Shown here piece by piece: positions 25,264-37,887 of a stretch of 64,000 bases of DNA. The translations under genes were made by a program, and so were the position numbers. A model generated the notes under the pieces. That model was not told the DNA's origin and searched no databases. It saw nothing but the letters and a program-made list of their open reading frames with translations. The stretch covers positions 79,546,001-79,610,000 of the forward strand of contig CM126213.1 of NCBI GenBank assembly GCA_052327205.1, in the 5' to 3' direction. Each line of letters starts with the position of its first letter. Within the stretch, counting starts at the first letter, position 1. This DNA is from Somniosus microcephalus. Its lineage: Eukaryota.

Positions 25264-26122
25264 ATTATTGAGTCCCGATTATCAAAATCCACGACAAGGC
25301 CTTGGACAACGTGGACCACTTTCCATATCTCGGGAGCCTACTGTCAACAAGGGCAGACGTCGACGACGAAGTCCAACACCGCCTTCAGTATGCCAGTGCA
25401 GCCTTCGGTCGCCTGAGGAAGAGAGTGTTTGAAGACCAGGACCTCAAACCTGGCACTAAGCTCATGGTCTACAGTGCAGCAGTGATACCCGCCCTGCTGT
25501 ATGCCTCAGAGACATGGACCATGTACAGCAGATACCTCAAAGCACTGGAGAGGTACCACCAATGCTGCCTCCGCAAGATCCTGCAAATCCATTGGCAGGA
25601 TAGGCGCACCAACATCAGTGTTCTTGCTCAGGCCAACATCCCCAGCATCGAAGCTCTGACCACGCTCAATCAGCTCCGATGGACGGGTCACATTGCCTGC
25701 ATGCCCGATACGAGACTCCCAAAACAAGCGCTCTACTCAGAGCTCCAGCACGGCAAGAGAGCCCCAGGTGGGCAGAGGAAACGCTTCAAGGACACCCTCA
25801 AAGCCTCCTTGAAAAAGTGTAACATCCCCACCGACACCTGGGAATCCCTGGCCCAAGACCGCACAAAGTGGAGGAGAAGCATCCGGGAAGGCGCCGAACA
25901 CCTCGAGTCTCTTCGCCGGGAGGAAACAGAAGCCAAACGCAGGCAGCGCAAGGAGCGCACATCAACCCAAGCACCCCACCCACCCACCGTCTGCCCCACC
26001 TGTGACAGAGACTGTAGGTCCCGCATTGGACTAATCAGTCACCTGCAAGCTCATTTTTAATGTGGAAGCAAGTCATCCTCGGTTCAGAGGAACTGCCTAA
26101 GAAGAAAAAGAAGAAGAAGAAG
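25264..26122 (+). mobile_element. RTE-clade LINE, 5'-truncated, with open 3' reading frame (25302-26060)
   Basis: VDHFPYLGS...LLYASETW...QLRWTGH...CPTCDRDCRSRIGLISH (C-terminal zinc finger). (GAA)n tail and 11-bp TSD ATTGAGTCCAA (25253-25263, 26123-26133). Confidence 0.93.
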
Positions 26123-26947
26123 ATTGAGTCCAAGGGACTTGAATGGATATGGCGGACAACTGGTTTAGCCATTCACTGCCAGATCTGGCTGGACCATATA
26201 AAGCACTATCGGGTCCTGCTCTTGTCTGCCAAAACTGCTCACTATTCCAGAATCATTCTGGAATGCAAAGATAACCCCTGGTTTCTTTTCTCTACTGCAA
26301 ACCGTCTTCTTAAACCCCTCTCCCCTGTCTCCTCCACCCTCGCCTCCAACAACAAGTGCAAGGAGCTCATGAACTTCTTTGTCACTAAAACTAAGACCAT
26401 CTGATAAGCTGCCTCTTCCCTCCCTTCCCCTAGCCCACTGGGCCAAACTTCCTCTAAGGTTCCCTCCTGCCCTAGCCCTGAACTCGCATATTTCTCCAGT
26501 TTCTCTCTGATATCCCCTCATGCCCTCTCTGAGCTCCTCTTGTCCATGAATCCCACTTCCTGCTCCCTCGACCTTATTCCCACTAAACTGATGAACACCC
26601 AACTTCCTTTTCTGGCTCCCATGTTAGCTGATATTGTTAATGGTTCTCTCTCCTCAGCTACTGAACCCCCAACCTACTTCAAAGCTGCCATCGTAACTCC
26701 TCTCCTCAAAAAAACAATTCTTGACCCCTTCATCCTTGCAAACTATCGCCCCATCTCCAAACTCCCTATCCTCTCCAAAGTCCTTTAACATGTTGTCACC
26801 TCCCAAATCCGTGCCCATCTTTCCCAGAATTCCATGTTTGAATCCCTCCAATTGAGTTTCTGCCCAGCCACAGTACCGAAAGTCACAAATGACATCCTAT
26901 GTGACTGTGACTTCTCGACCAGCCTGCAGCCTTTGACACGGTTGACC

Positions 26948-27942
26948 ACAACAACAACAACTTGTATTTATATAGCACCTTTAACATAGTGAAACGTCCC
27001 AAGGTGCTTCACATGAGTATTAAAAGACCAAAAATTTGACACCGAGCCACATAAAGAGAAATTAGGGCAGGTGACCAAAAGCTTGGTCAAAGAGATAGGT
27101 TTTAAGGAATGTCTTAAAGGAGGAAAGAAAGGCAAAAAAGTTTAGGGAGGGAATTCCAGAGCTTAGGGCCTAGGCAACAGAAGGCACGGCCACCAATGGT
27201 TGAGCGATTATAATCAGGGATGCTCAAGAGGGCAGAATTAGAGGAGCACAAATATCTCGGGGGGTTGTGGGGCTGAAGGAGATTACAGAGATAGGAAGGG
27301 GCGAGGCCATGGAGGGATTTGAAAACAAGGATGAGAATTTTGAAATCGAGGCATTGCTTAACCGGGAGCCAATGTAGGTCAACGAGTACGGGGGCGATGG
27401 GTGAACGGGACTTGGTGCGAGTTAGGACACGGGCAGCCGAGTTATGGATCACCTCAAGTTTACGTAGGGTAGAATGTGGGAGGCCAGCCAGGAGTGCATT
27501 GGAATAGTCAAGTCTAGTGGTAACAAAGGCATAGATGAGGGTTTCAGCAGCAGATGAGCTGAGGCAAGGACGGAGACAGGTGCTGTAACGGAGGTGGAAA
27601 AAGGTGGTCTTAGTTATGCTGTGGATATGTGGTCGGAAGCTCATTTCAGGGTCAAATATGACACCAAGGTTGCGAACAGTATGGCTCAGCCTCAGACAGT
27701 TGTTAGGGAGAGGGATGGAGTCAACGGCTAGGGAATGGAGTTTGTGGCAGGGACCGAAAACAATGGCTTTGGTCTTCCCAATATTTAATTGGAGAAAATT
27801 TCTGCTCGTCCAGAACTGGGTGTTGGACAAGCAGTCTGACAATTTAGAGACTGTGGAGGGGTCGAGAGAAGTGGTAGTGAGATAGAGCTGGTGTGTCATC
27901 GGCGTACATGTGGAAACTGACGCTGCATTTTCAGATGATGTC
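26948..27942 (-). mobile_element. L2 LINE 3' segment in antisense orientation
   Basis: ORF 27114-27968(-) contains NFLQLNIGKT, VRNLGVIFD, RLDYSNALL and LHWLPV. The 3' tail is GCTATATAAATACAAG(TTG)n. Confidence 0.9.
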
Positions 27943-29379
27943 CTCCTCCAACGCCTCTCCACTGTCATCCAGCTGGGTGGGACCGCACTCGCCTGGGTCG
28001 AATCTTATCTATCCATTTGTAGCCAGAGAATCACCTGCAATGGCTTCTTTTCCCACTCCTGCATCGTTACCTCTGGTATCCCCCAAGGATCTATCCTTGG
28101 CCACCTCCTATTTCTCATTTACATGCTGCTCCTCGGTGACATCATCTGAACAGCGTCAGTTTGTTTGTTAAATTCTCCAGTACTATTTCTTTACTAATAC
28201 TAATTTCTTTAAGTTCCTCATTCTCACTAGACCCTCAGTACCCACCATTTCCGGAATTTTTTTGTGTCTTCTTCCATGAAGACAGATACAAAGCATTTGT
28301 TTAATATCTCTGCTATTTCCTTATTCAACATTATAATTTCTTCTGTCTCTGCCTGTAAGGGACCCATGTTTACTTTCACTAATCTTTTCTTTTTTGCATA
28401 CTTATAGAAGCTTTTACAATCTGTTTTTATGTCTCTTGATAGCTTACTCTCATTTTATCTTTTCTCTCTTTATCAATTTCTTGATCATCCTTTGCTGTAT
28501 TCTAAAATCTTCCCAATCCTTTGGCTTACTACTCTTTTTGGCAAAATTATAAGCCTCTTCCTTTAATCTAATACTATCATTAACTTCTCTTGTTAGCCAC
28601 GGTTGGACCAATTTTCCTGTGGGGTTTTTATTCCTTAAGAGAATGTATATTCATTGCGAATTATGAATTGTTTCTTTAAATGTTTGCCATTGCTTTGGTA
28701 CCGTCATAATCTTGTTTCCCAATCTACTTTAGCCAACTTGCCGCTCATACCTACGTCGTTTGCTTTTTTCAGATTTAAGACTCTAGTTTCAGACTTAACT
28801 AAATCATTCTCAATATAAAATTGTATATTATGATCACTCTTCCCCAAAGGCTCCTTTGCTACAAGGTTATTAATTAACCCCATCTCATAGCACTATACTA
28901 GATCTAAAATAGCTTGTTTCCTAGTTGGTTCCTCGACATACTGACCAGAAAACTATTTTGAATGCATTCCATGAACTCGTCCTCCATACTATTACTACAA
29001 ATTTGGTTTGCCCAGTCTATATAAAAATTAAAGTCCCCCATGATTACTGTATTATCCTTGTTACATGCACCTCTAATTTCCTGATTTATATTGTGCCTGA
29101 CACTACAACTACTGTTAGGGGGCCTATAAACTACTTCCACCAGTGTTTTCTCCCCCTTGTTGTTTCTTAGCTCCACCCAAAGTGATTCTACGTCTTGATT
29201 TTCCGAGCAAAGATATTTTCTCTCTACTGTCTTTATCCCATCATTTATTATCAGGGCTACCAACCCCCACCCTTTTCCATTTTACCTATCTCTTCTAAAA
29301 GTCAAGTATACTGGAATATTTAGTTCCCAACCTTGGTCACTCTGCAACCATGTCTCCGTAATGGCTATTAGCTCAAACC

Positions 29380-29560
29380 TGTTAAGTCCTTGAATGATTG
29401 AGACACGGACCAGCAGGAGTGAAAACAAACAAGTCTTTACTGGTGGAAGTCAATAGTGAAACTAACAAACAGAGGCTCTCTAGCGCCTTTTATACAGGGG
29501 TGGTCACTGCCGGTACTGCAGTCTGAGACCAGTTATTCTCTTAAAGGTACATACACAACA
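29380..29560 (-). repeat. 3' LTR of Gypsy element
   Basis: Direct repeat of 34207-34387. Confidence 0.96.
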
Positions 29561-29676
29561 ATTCCTCCCCTTTTAGATAAACAGTACATAACATTCATTT
29601 AACAACTAAATGATAACTAATTACAATCACAATCACGGTTGCTAGATACATTGGTTAAGTTTAAGCAATTATAAGT

Positions 29677-32600
29677 TCAGTCTTTGAGAGGCTTCCTGAT
29701 TCTGTCTGGATAATGCCTCTTTGGGGTATCAGGTTCTTCTGGTAATGTTGAGTCGAGATCAATGTCGTTGTTTGGTTCATCTGCTTCCAATATCACCGAT
29801 TCTGCGGTAGCTGCAATTGGTACATCGATTTCATTGCCAGGTGTATCAGATCGTGGTGTGGAGTTGACGTTTTCCAGTGACTCTAGAATCTGGTCAGCAT
29901 GGCGTCTTACAATGCTCTCTCCAACGTCCACGGTATACATGCGAGGTCCTTGCCGTGTACAAATCGTTCCTGGCTGCCATTTCTCAGTGCGGTAGTCCCG
30001 GGCCAAAACTGGTTGACCTATCTTAAAACTCCTGGTCGGCCTTTCATTCATATTCTGAAACTGCCTGTTCTCCACATCTCTTCGGACGTTTGGCTTAAAC
30101 AAATCCAAGCGGCATCGTAGTCTTCGATTGAAGAACATCATGGCTGGGGTTTGGTTGGCAACCGCATGTGTCGCATTCCGGTAGGCAAACAAGAAGTTGT
30201 CCACCTTGTGTTGTAGGGGCATATCTTCATTACACATTGCCTTGATAGCCTTCTTGAATGTTTGGACAAACCTCTCGGCCAATCCATTAGCGGCTGGATG
30301 ATATGGGGCAGATGTGTAATGCTTAACGCCATTGTTCTTTAAGAACCTCCGGAACTCTTCAGACACAAACTGTGGTCCATTGTCAGAGCAAATCTGTTCA
30401 GGCAGCCCATTCCTGGCGAATATGGTTCGTAAAACTGTGATAGTTTTTTCCGTGGTGGTTGAGGACATTTTTATTACCTCTGGCCACTTTGAATGTGCAT
30501 CCACCGCAATTAAAAACATCGAGTCCATGAAGGGACCAGCAAAATCAATGTGCACCCTTTGCCATGGAGATGGGGGCCACTCCCATGGATGCAGAGGAGC
30601 TTGTGGTGGGGCGTTTTAGACCTTCTGGCATCCTGCACAGCTCTTGGTCATCTCTTTGATTTCTCTATCGATTCCCGGCCACCACACAAACGCACTGGCT
30701 AAGTTCTTCATTTTTACCCCACCCAGATGACCCTCATGAAGCTCACTGAGTACTCTATCCGTCAACTTAGGTGGAATTACTACTCTGGATCCACACATCA
30801 AGGTCCCTCTGCACACTGACAGCTGTTCTCTTCTCGGCGAGAATGCTGGTAGCAGTGGTTCGCCATGTGCTGGCCATCCCTTCACCGTTAAATCATAGAC
30901 CCGTGATAGTGTCGGGTCATTCCGTGTTTCCTTTTCTATGTTTGCATTCGTCACAGGGAGACATTCGACTATGGTCGAGTGGAATAACTCCATTGGATCC
31001 ACTGCAAGGTCTTCTTCTTCCACCGTCGGCAACGGTAGGCGTGACAATCTATCAGCATTTCCATGCTGTTTAGTTCCTTTGTACTCGATGTCATATTGGT
31101 GTGCCCCTAGGAAAAGGGACCATCTCTGCAGCCGTTGTGCCATCATTATCGGTACGCCCTTCTGAGGGTTGAAAATGGAGACAGGAGGTTGATGATCGGT
31201 TAGTAGAGTAAATTTTTGACCGTGCAGATAGTGATTGAACTTCTTCACCCCCCACACTAGGCTGAGGGCCTCTCTGTCAATCTGGGCGTAGTTATGCTCG
31301 GCAGAAGTTAACGAGCGTGACGCAAAAGCTATCGGCTTCTCTAAACCATCAAGGAATTTATGTGACAGTACCGCCCCAATGCCGTAGGGAGACGCATCAC
31401 ACGCCAGCCTGATTGGCAGTGCTGGGTTGTAGTGAGCCAATACTTCCCTTGAAGTGATTAAGTCCTTACTCTTCTGAAAAGCACGCTTACAATCATCGCT
31501 CCATTTCCATGCTACCCCCGTTCGTAGCAGGGCGTTCAGTGGGTGCAAAATTGTCGACAAATTCGGCAAAAACTTATGATAGTAATTCACCAACCCGAGG
31601 AATGACCTCAGTTGCGACACATTTTCAGGCGCTGGGGCCTTAACAACCGCTTCAATTTTGTCAGGGGACTTATGTAACCCCTCTTCATCAATCACGTGGC
31701 CACAATACGATATCTGTTTCTGAAAAAACTCGCACTTGGGGCGGTTGGCTCGCAGCCCATGTTCCCGTAGTCTAGTGAGCACCTGTTCTAGGTTGTTAAG
31801 GCGTTCACTGTCATCTTCACCTGTTACAAGGATGTCGTCCAAGTAACACTGAGTCCCCGGAATCCCTTGCAGGACTTGTTCCATCGCTCTTTGCCATATC
31901 GCCGGAGCCGATGCTACTCCGAATACCAATCGATGATACTGGTAAAGACCTTTGTGAGTGTTTATCGTGAGATACTTCCTAGAGGACTCTTCAACCTCCA
32001 TCTGCAAATATGCTTGTGCTAGTTCAATTTTTGTAAAACGCTTCCCTCCAGACAGTGAGGCGAAGATGTCTTCTATCCTTGGAAGAGGATATTGTACTGT
32101 GTGAAGGACAGGGTTCACCGTCACCTTGAAATCCCCACAGATGCGAATCTTCCTTGGCTCTCCGGACTTATTGCTTAACGTTTTCTTCATGACAGGAACG
32201 ATGGGTGTCGCCCACTTGCTCCAGTCGACCTTGGACAACACGCCCGCCTTCTCCAGATTCTCCAGCTCTGCCTCGATGGCTGGGCGAATTGCATATGGTA
32301 CCAGTCTTGCTTTGAAAAACTTGGGAACTGCATTCTCTTCTATTTTTATCGAGGCGGTTATGCCTTTAAGCGTGCCCAGTTCTTGTTGAAATACCTCTTT
32401 GGCGTTAGCTAAGATTGTTGACAATCGTCCAGGAGTGACGTCTTCATCTTTTTTACCATCCACCGTCATTGCATGAATGGAATGCCAATCTAAGTTTATC
32501 TTCCTGATCCATTCCCGTCCCAATAACGGTGGTCCACCATTTGGCAGTATGTAGAGATACAATTTCCGTATTTTCTTGCCATTGTATTCGACAGGCACCC

Positions 32601-33627
32601 TTATTTTTTCTCTGGGGTATACCTTTTGCCCCGTATACGTCATCAAGACGATGGATGTCTCTCTCAAGGGTATGTGTGAAAATAGCCGCTCGTAGTCTCG
32701 TCGATTCATGACGGTTAGCGCTGATCCTGTATCCAATTCCATTTTAACTTGGGACCCTGCTATCGTGAGGGTGACCCAAATGGTTCGGTGATCCTCTTTT
32801 GCGATTACATTGTGAAGTTTGAGACAGCTTAGTCTCCTGTTTCCGGATTCACTATTGCTCATCTGGTCTTCGGAACTACTGTCCGTCATCTTTTGTACTT
32901 TCTTGTACGGTTCCTTAGTAGCCTTTTTGTTGTTGCTGGTCTTCTTCCCAGACCTGCAAACTCGTGTAATGTGTCCAATCTTCCTGCATTGTCTGCATAT
33001 TTTGTCTTTGGACCAGCAGTCCTTCTAGTCATGGTTAGTTCTGCCGCAGCGATAACATTTTGCAAATCCCCGTGTCATTTCGTGGGTGCCGTATTCCTGT
33101 GGTTTTTGTTGAATTTCTGCAGCTCCCCTGGCTGCTGCTTCATACGATACTGCCACGCTGAAAGCCTTATCTAGCGTCAGCTCTTTTTCTGAGAGTAACT
33201 TCTTCTGTGTTCCTTCACTCAGGAGTCCACAGACAAATTTGTCCCGTAGGGTATCTGCCAGTCCTGCTCCGAACTGGCAGTGCTTTGATAGCTTGCGTAG
33301 TTCCGTAAGATACTCAGCATTGCTCTCATCTTTGTGCTGAGTTCTCCTGTGGAATTTAAATCTTTCTGCTATCAACAGCGGTGCAGGGTTTAAGTGTTCC
33401 TGTCGGACAGCAACAATTTCGTTAAAACTCTTTGCCTTCGGTTTGGCTGGAGTAATCAGGTCCCGCAATAGGCCGTACGTTCTAGCGCCCATTAAGTTTA
33501 GCAATATCGATGCCTTTTTCCCCTCCGCTATTTCGTTTGCCTCGAAATATACCTCGACTCTTTCCACATACGTGGTCCAGTCCTCTAATGTATTATCAAA
33601 AGCAGTGATACAGCCAGTCTTCGGCAT
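29677..33627 (-). pseudogene. gag-pol: Single-frame gag-pol polyprotein with two nonsense codons
   Basis: ORFs 33025-33627, 30616-32889 and 29677-30555 are all in one frame, separated only by TAG (33025-33027) and TAA (30616-30618). Motifs: two CCHC knuckles, protease LDTGS, RT YLDD, RNase H CDAS, integrase HHCC and HIDF/SDNG/AER. Confidence 0.94.
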
Positions 33628-34206
33628 CTTGCAAATCTAAAATGGTGCCTCCCGCGCTTTGCCTTCTTCCCCGATTTAACAAAATGGCGCCTCCCGCGCT
33701 TTGCCTTCTTCCCCGCTGTTGTTAGCGCTGCTTTCCACGGTTCCTTGCACGTTAAATATTGATTCTTTTTCTTTTATTATTTTCCCATCGTGGAGCGGAC
33801 CCTCTGGGACACTTCCCTCCCTCTTCTTAGGTCCGAACGCTGCCCGGCTTCGAAGCACCGGCCGCGCCCTGTGTGCTCCACCCTCTCTCTCTCTCTTTTC
33901 TTCCCGACTCGCTGCCCGGCCCCGTTGAAAAGCCACCCGATCGAGCTTCAGCCCGCCGCAGCCCAGGAAGGATCAGAGCACTACCTGCCACCAGCCCGAT
34001 TAGCTGGGAAACCACAGACCGAGGAACCCAACCTGGCTCTGGAAAGTCTCTCCTGCAAGTTTTCAAACCGATGATTGACGGTCGACGCCCGTTTCCTGAG
34101 TTTCTTTGGACTCTATTTTTTTTTCTTTCTTCTGGCTCCGACCTTCAATAACGTCGTCTGAGGTGCTGCCGAGTTGCAGGTAAGTTCGTTTCTTACTCGT
34201 CGCCAG

Positions 34207-34387
34207 TGTTAAGTCCGTGAATGATTGAGACACGGACCAGCAGGAGTGAAAACAAACAAGTCTTTACTGGTGGAAGTCAATAGTGAAACTAACAAACAGA
34301 GGCTCTCTAGCGCCTTTTATACAGGGGTGGGCACTGCCGGTACTGCAGTCTGAGACCAGTTAATCTCTTAAAGGTACATACACAACA
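34207..34387 (-). repeat. 5' LTR of Gypsy element
   Basis: Direct repeat of 29380-29560, adjacent to the PBS. Confidence 0.96.
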
Positions 34388-36665
34388 AAACCCATTTATT
34401 TCTATCTGTGCTATTAATTCGTCTATTTTGTTACAAATGCTTTGCGCATTCAGATATAGTGCCTTCAGTTTTAACTTTTTTCTATTTTTCCCTGATGTCA
34501 CCTTAGTCACTAATGCCCTATTACCTTTGTTAAGCTCTCTGTCCCTTCCTGACCCCCTCTGCTTATTTTTACCCAAATCACTACTCTGCTCTACAGCCTT
34601 GACATTTCTCTCACTACTTTTGAATTTACCCTTTCCTGAATCCTCCCACCCCTCCCCTTCATTACTTTAAAGCCCTATCTACCACCCTAGTTATTCGATT
34701 CATCAGGACACTGGACCCAGCCCGGTTTAAGTGGAGCCAGACCCAATGGAACAACTTCCTCTTTCCCCAGTACTGGTGCCAGTGCCCAATGAAGCAAAAC
34801 CCCTGCTTCCCACACCACTCTTTGAGCCATGCATTTAACCTTCTAAACTGTTTGAATCAATATGAGGGAGGTTATAGCTGAAGAATAGAATGCTTTCCAT
34901 TTCAGCCACTCAGTTAGAATGAGCATCAAGTACTCCAGGTTAGGTGTAGCATGGTTAGCTACTGACTAAAATTTCCTCTACTTTACTCAGCAGGGCATTC
35001 CAGCCCCACCTCCTACTGCACCAGTGTGACAAATCTCCATCTCCCACACCAGCCATCTTGTGGCTGATCATTGCCAAATAATGGTTTTGTGCTTTAGATC
35101 CATGCCACTATAAAATGGATTGAGTCTGCACATTATGTTTTGGCATTTTCTGACTATTTTTCCATGGTAAGGATTTGGAACTTTTAACTTTGCCTTTTTA
35201 AAAGCATAATGTATTCATATGTCTACGATAGGTAGTTAAGTTGCTAACAAACTGGGGTTGATGTTGTTGACCCATAGGCTGTAAGTAATAAGAAATTCAT
35301 TAGATTGCCTTGGCAATGGAAAAACACCTCATGCCCATTGTACTGGATAGTCTTTGATCACATTGGCTGTGAACAGAGGGGACAAGAGAGTGACAGAGAC
35401 ACGGGAGTTGGGGAGGTGGTGAATTTTGACTTTGGGTGATAGCATAAGACAGCCAATATTGATTCAGCTGCCTGTTATACATCTGTCCCGATTTTAATTT
35501 CCATTCAATGAGCAATGTATAATGGGCAGGTTGATCAATAGCGCCCGTTTTACACTATCATTCAAAATCAAAATAACCCCCATGTACTTACTCAGTTTAT
35601 TTGAAACAGTATGCAGAGAAGCAGTCATGCAGCAAACACTGCAAGAAGGGTGGAATGCAAGAGAGAGTAGTCAGAAATGACTTTTTTTGTCAAACAAGAT
35701 GACCTGCTGATGTGGAAAAGTGTAGTGTGTTCATTATTTTGTATTATTGTTCAAAATCAAGTTTAAGTGATTGAACTAAGTGAATCTGATCCTATCTGTT
35801 GCTCTGAATGCTTACCAGTTGTGAAATAAAGCAGCTTAATGGATCGTATTTGGTTTTGTTCACCAACTGGTTTCTCAGTCCACCTTCGAAGAGATTGATA
35901 AAGGACACAAATATCCAGTGCTATTCACAAGGGGATACTATTGTTACACGCCTGGGCTACGCTATTGTACAAGTAGATATAGGCTAGCTGAGCCAACTTC
36001 CATAAAGGTAAAATGTTCAGAAGCCAAGAAGATTTCTATCACAGGACCAAATTTTTAACAATTGGTGGCACCTACCAGGGACATGGAATTTTCTTTTTAT
36101 TCATTCATGGGATGTGGGCGTCGCTGGCAAGTCCAGCATTTATTGCCCATCCCTAATTGCCCTTGAGAAGATGGTGGTGAGCCGCCATCTTGAACCGTTG
36201 TGGTGAAGGTACTCGCACAGTGCTGTTAGGGAGGGAGTTCCAGGATTTTTACCCAGCAACGATGAAGGAACGGCGATATACTTCCAAGTCAGGATGGTGT
36301 GTAATTTGGAGGGGAACTTGCAGGTGATGGTGTTCCCATGCGCCTGCTGCCCTTGTCCTTCTAGGTGGTAGAGGTCGCGGGTTTGGGAGGTGCTGCCGAA
36401 GAAGTCTTGGCGAGTTGCTGCAGTGCATCTTGTAGATGGTACACACTGTAGCCACGGTGCGCCGGTGATGGAGGGAGTGAGGGAGTAAATGTTTAAGGCG
36501 ATGGATGAGGTGCCAATCAAGCAGGCTGTTTTGTCCTGGATGGTGTCAAGCTTCTTGAGTGTTGTTGGAGCTGCACTCATCCAGGCAAGTGGAGAGTACT
36601 CCATCACACTCCTGACTTGTGCCTTGTAGATGGTGGAAAGGCTTTGGGGAGTCAGAAGATGAGAC

Positions 36666-37887
36666 TGGTAGAATAGATAGGGGAGAACCAGTGGATGCGG
36701 TGTATTTGGACTTTCAGAAGGCTTTCGATAAGGTCCCGCATAAGAGACTAGCGTGCAAAGTTAAAGCACATGGGATTGGGGGTAAGGTACTGACTTGGAT
36801 AGAAAACTGGTTGACAGACAGGAAGCAAAGAGTTGGAATAAACGGGTCTTTTTCCGAGTGGAAGGCAGTGACTAGTGGGGTACCGCAGGGATCGGTGCTA
36901 GGACCCCCAGTTATTCACAGTATATATTAATGACCTAGACGAGGGAACTAGATGTAATATCTCCAAGTTTGCAGACAACACAAAGCTGGGTGGGCGTGTG
37001 TGCTGTGAGGAGGATGCAGAGAAACTCAAGTACGATTTGAACAGGTTGGGCGATTGGGCAGATGCATGGCAGATGCAGTATAATGTGGATAAATGCGAGG
37101 TTATCCACTTTGGTGGCAAAAACAGGAAGGCAGATTATTATCTGAACGGCAATAGATTGGGAAAAGGGGAAGTGCAACGAGACCTGTTGTCCTTATGTGC
37201 CAGTCGCTGAAGGTAAGCATGCAGGTGCAGCAGGCAGTTAAGAAGGCAAATGGTATGCTGGCCTTCAGAGCGAGAGGATTCGAGTACAGGAGCAAGGATG
37301 TCTTGCTGCAGTTGTACAGGGCCTTGGTGAGACCACATCTTGAGTATTGTGTGCAGTTTTGGTCGCCTTATCTGAGGAAGGATGTTCTTGCCATGGAGGG
37401 AATGCAGCGAAGATTCACCAGACTGATAGCTGGGATGGCAGGAATGACGTATGAAGAAAGATTGGGTCGATTAGGCTTATATTCGCTAGAGTTTAGAAGA
37501 ATGAGAGGGGATCTCATTGAAACTTATAAAATTCTAACAGGACTAGAGAGACAAGATGCAGGAAGGCTGTTCCCGATGGCGGGGGAGTCTAGAATCAGGG
37601 GTCACAGTCTAAGGATAAGGGGTAAGCCATTTAGGACTGAGATGAAGAGGAATTTCTTCACCCAGAGAGTGGTGAACCTGTGGAATTCTCTACCACAGAA
37701 GACAGTTGAGGCCAATTCATTAAATATATTCAAGAAGGAGTTAGATATATTTCTTAAGGCTAAGGGGATCAAGGGAGAAAGCAGGGATAGGGTACTGAAT
37801 TTGGATGATCGACCATGATCGCATTGAATGACGGAGCAGGCTCGAGGGGCCGAATGGCCTACTCCTACTCCTATCTTCTATGTTTTT
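36666..37887 (+). mobile_element. CR1 LINE, 5'-truncated
   Basis: VYLDFQKAFDKVPH, GVPQGSVLGP and LVRPHLEYCVQFWSP, with an octamer-like tail. TSD ATGAGAC (36659-36665, 37888-37894). Confidence 0.93.

Larger units (their letters stand above)
25090..28162 (+). mobile_element. L2-clade LINE ORF2 fragment, interrupted by an RTE copy and an antisense L2 3' segment
   Basis: PTSCSLDLIPT...FKAAIVTPLLKK...ANYRPISKLP (26540-26788). AFDTVDH ends near 26950 and resumes as LLQRLS...GIPQGSILG at 27941-28149. Confidence 0.85.
29380..34387 (-). mobile_element. Full-length Gypsy LTR retrotransposon (Mag-like)
   Basis: 181-bp TG...CA LTRs (29380-29560, 34207-34387) with 3 differences and a 5-bp TSD AAACC. PBS TGGCGACGAG (tRNA-Ser type) at about 34196-34205 and PPT AAAAGGGGAGGAAT at 29561-29574. 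Domain order is gag-PR-RT-RH-IN. Confidence 0.96.
28163..34850 (-). mobile_element. CR1 LINE 5' part (APE endonuclease), split by the Gypsy insertion and lacking its 3' half
   Basis: LKALYLNAQSICNKIDEL...ING (near 34390-34460) continues across the TSD as LIAITETWL (near 29345-29375), then VYRPPNS and MGDFN (ORF 28904-29263). Confidence 0.88.

Noticed and set aside
33025-33027. Programmed gag-pol stop-codon readthrough
   Set aside because: The TAG falls inside the first CCHC knuckle and the second stop is inside integrase, so both look like nonsense mutations.
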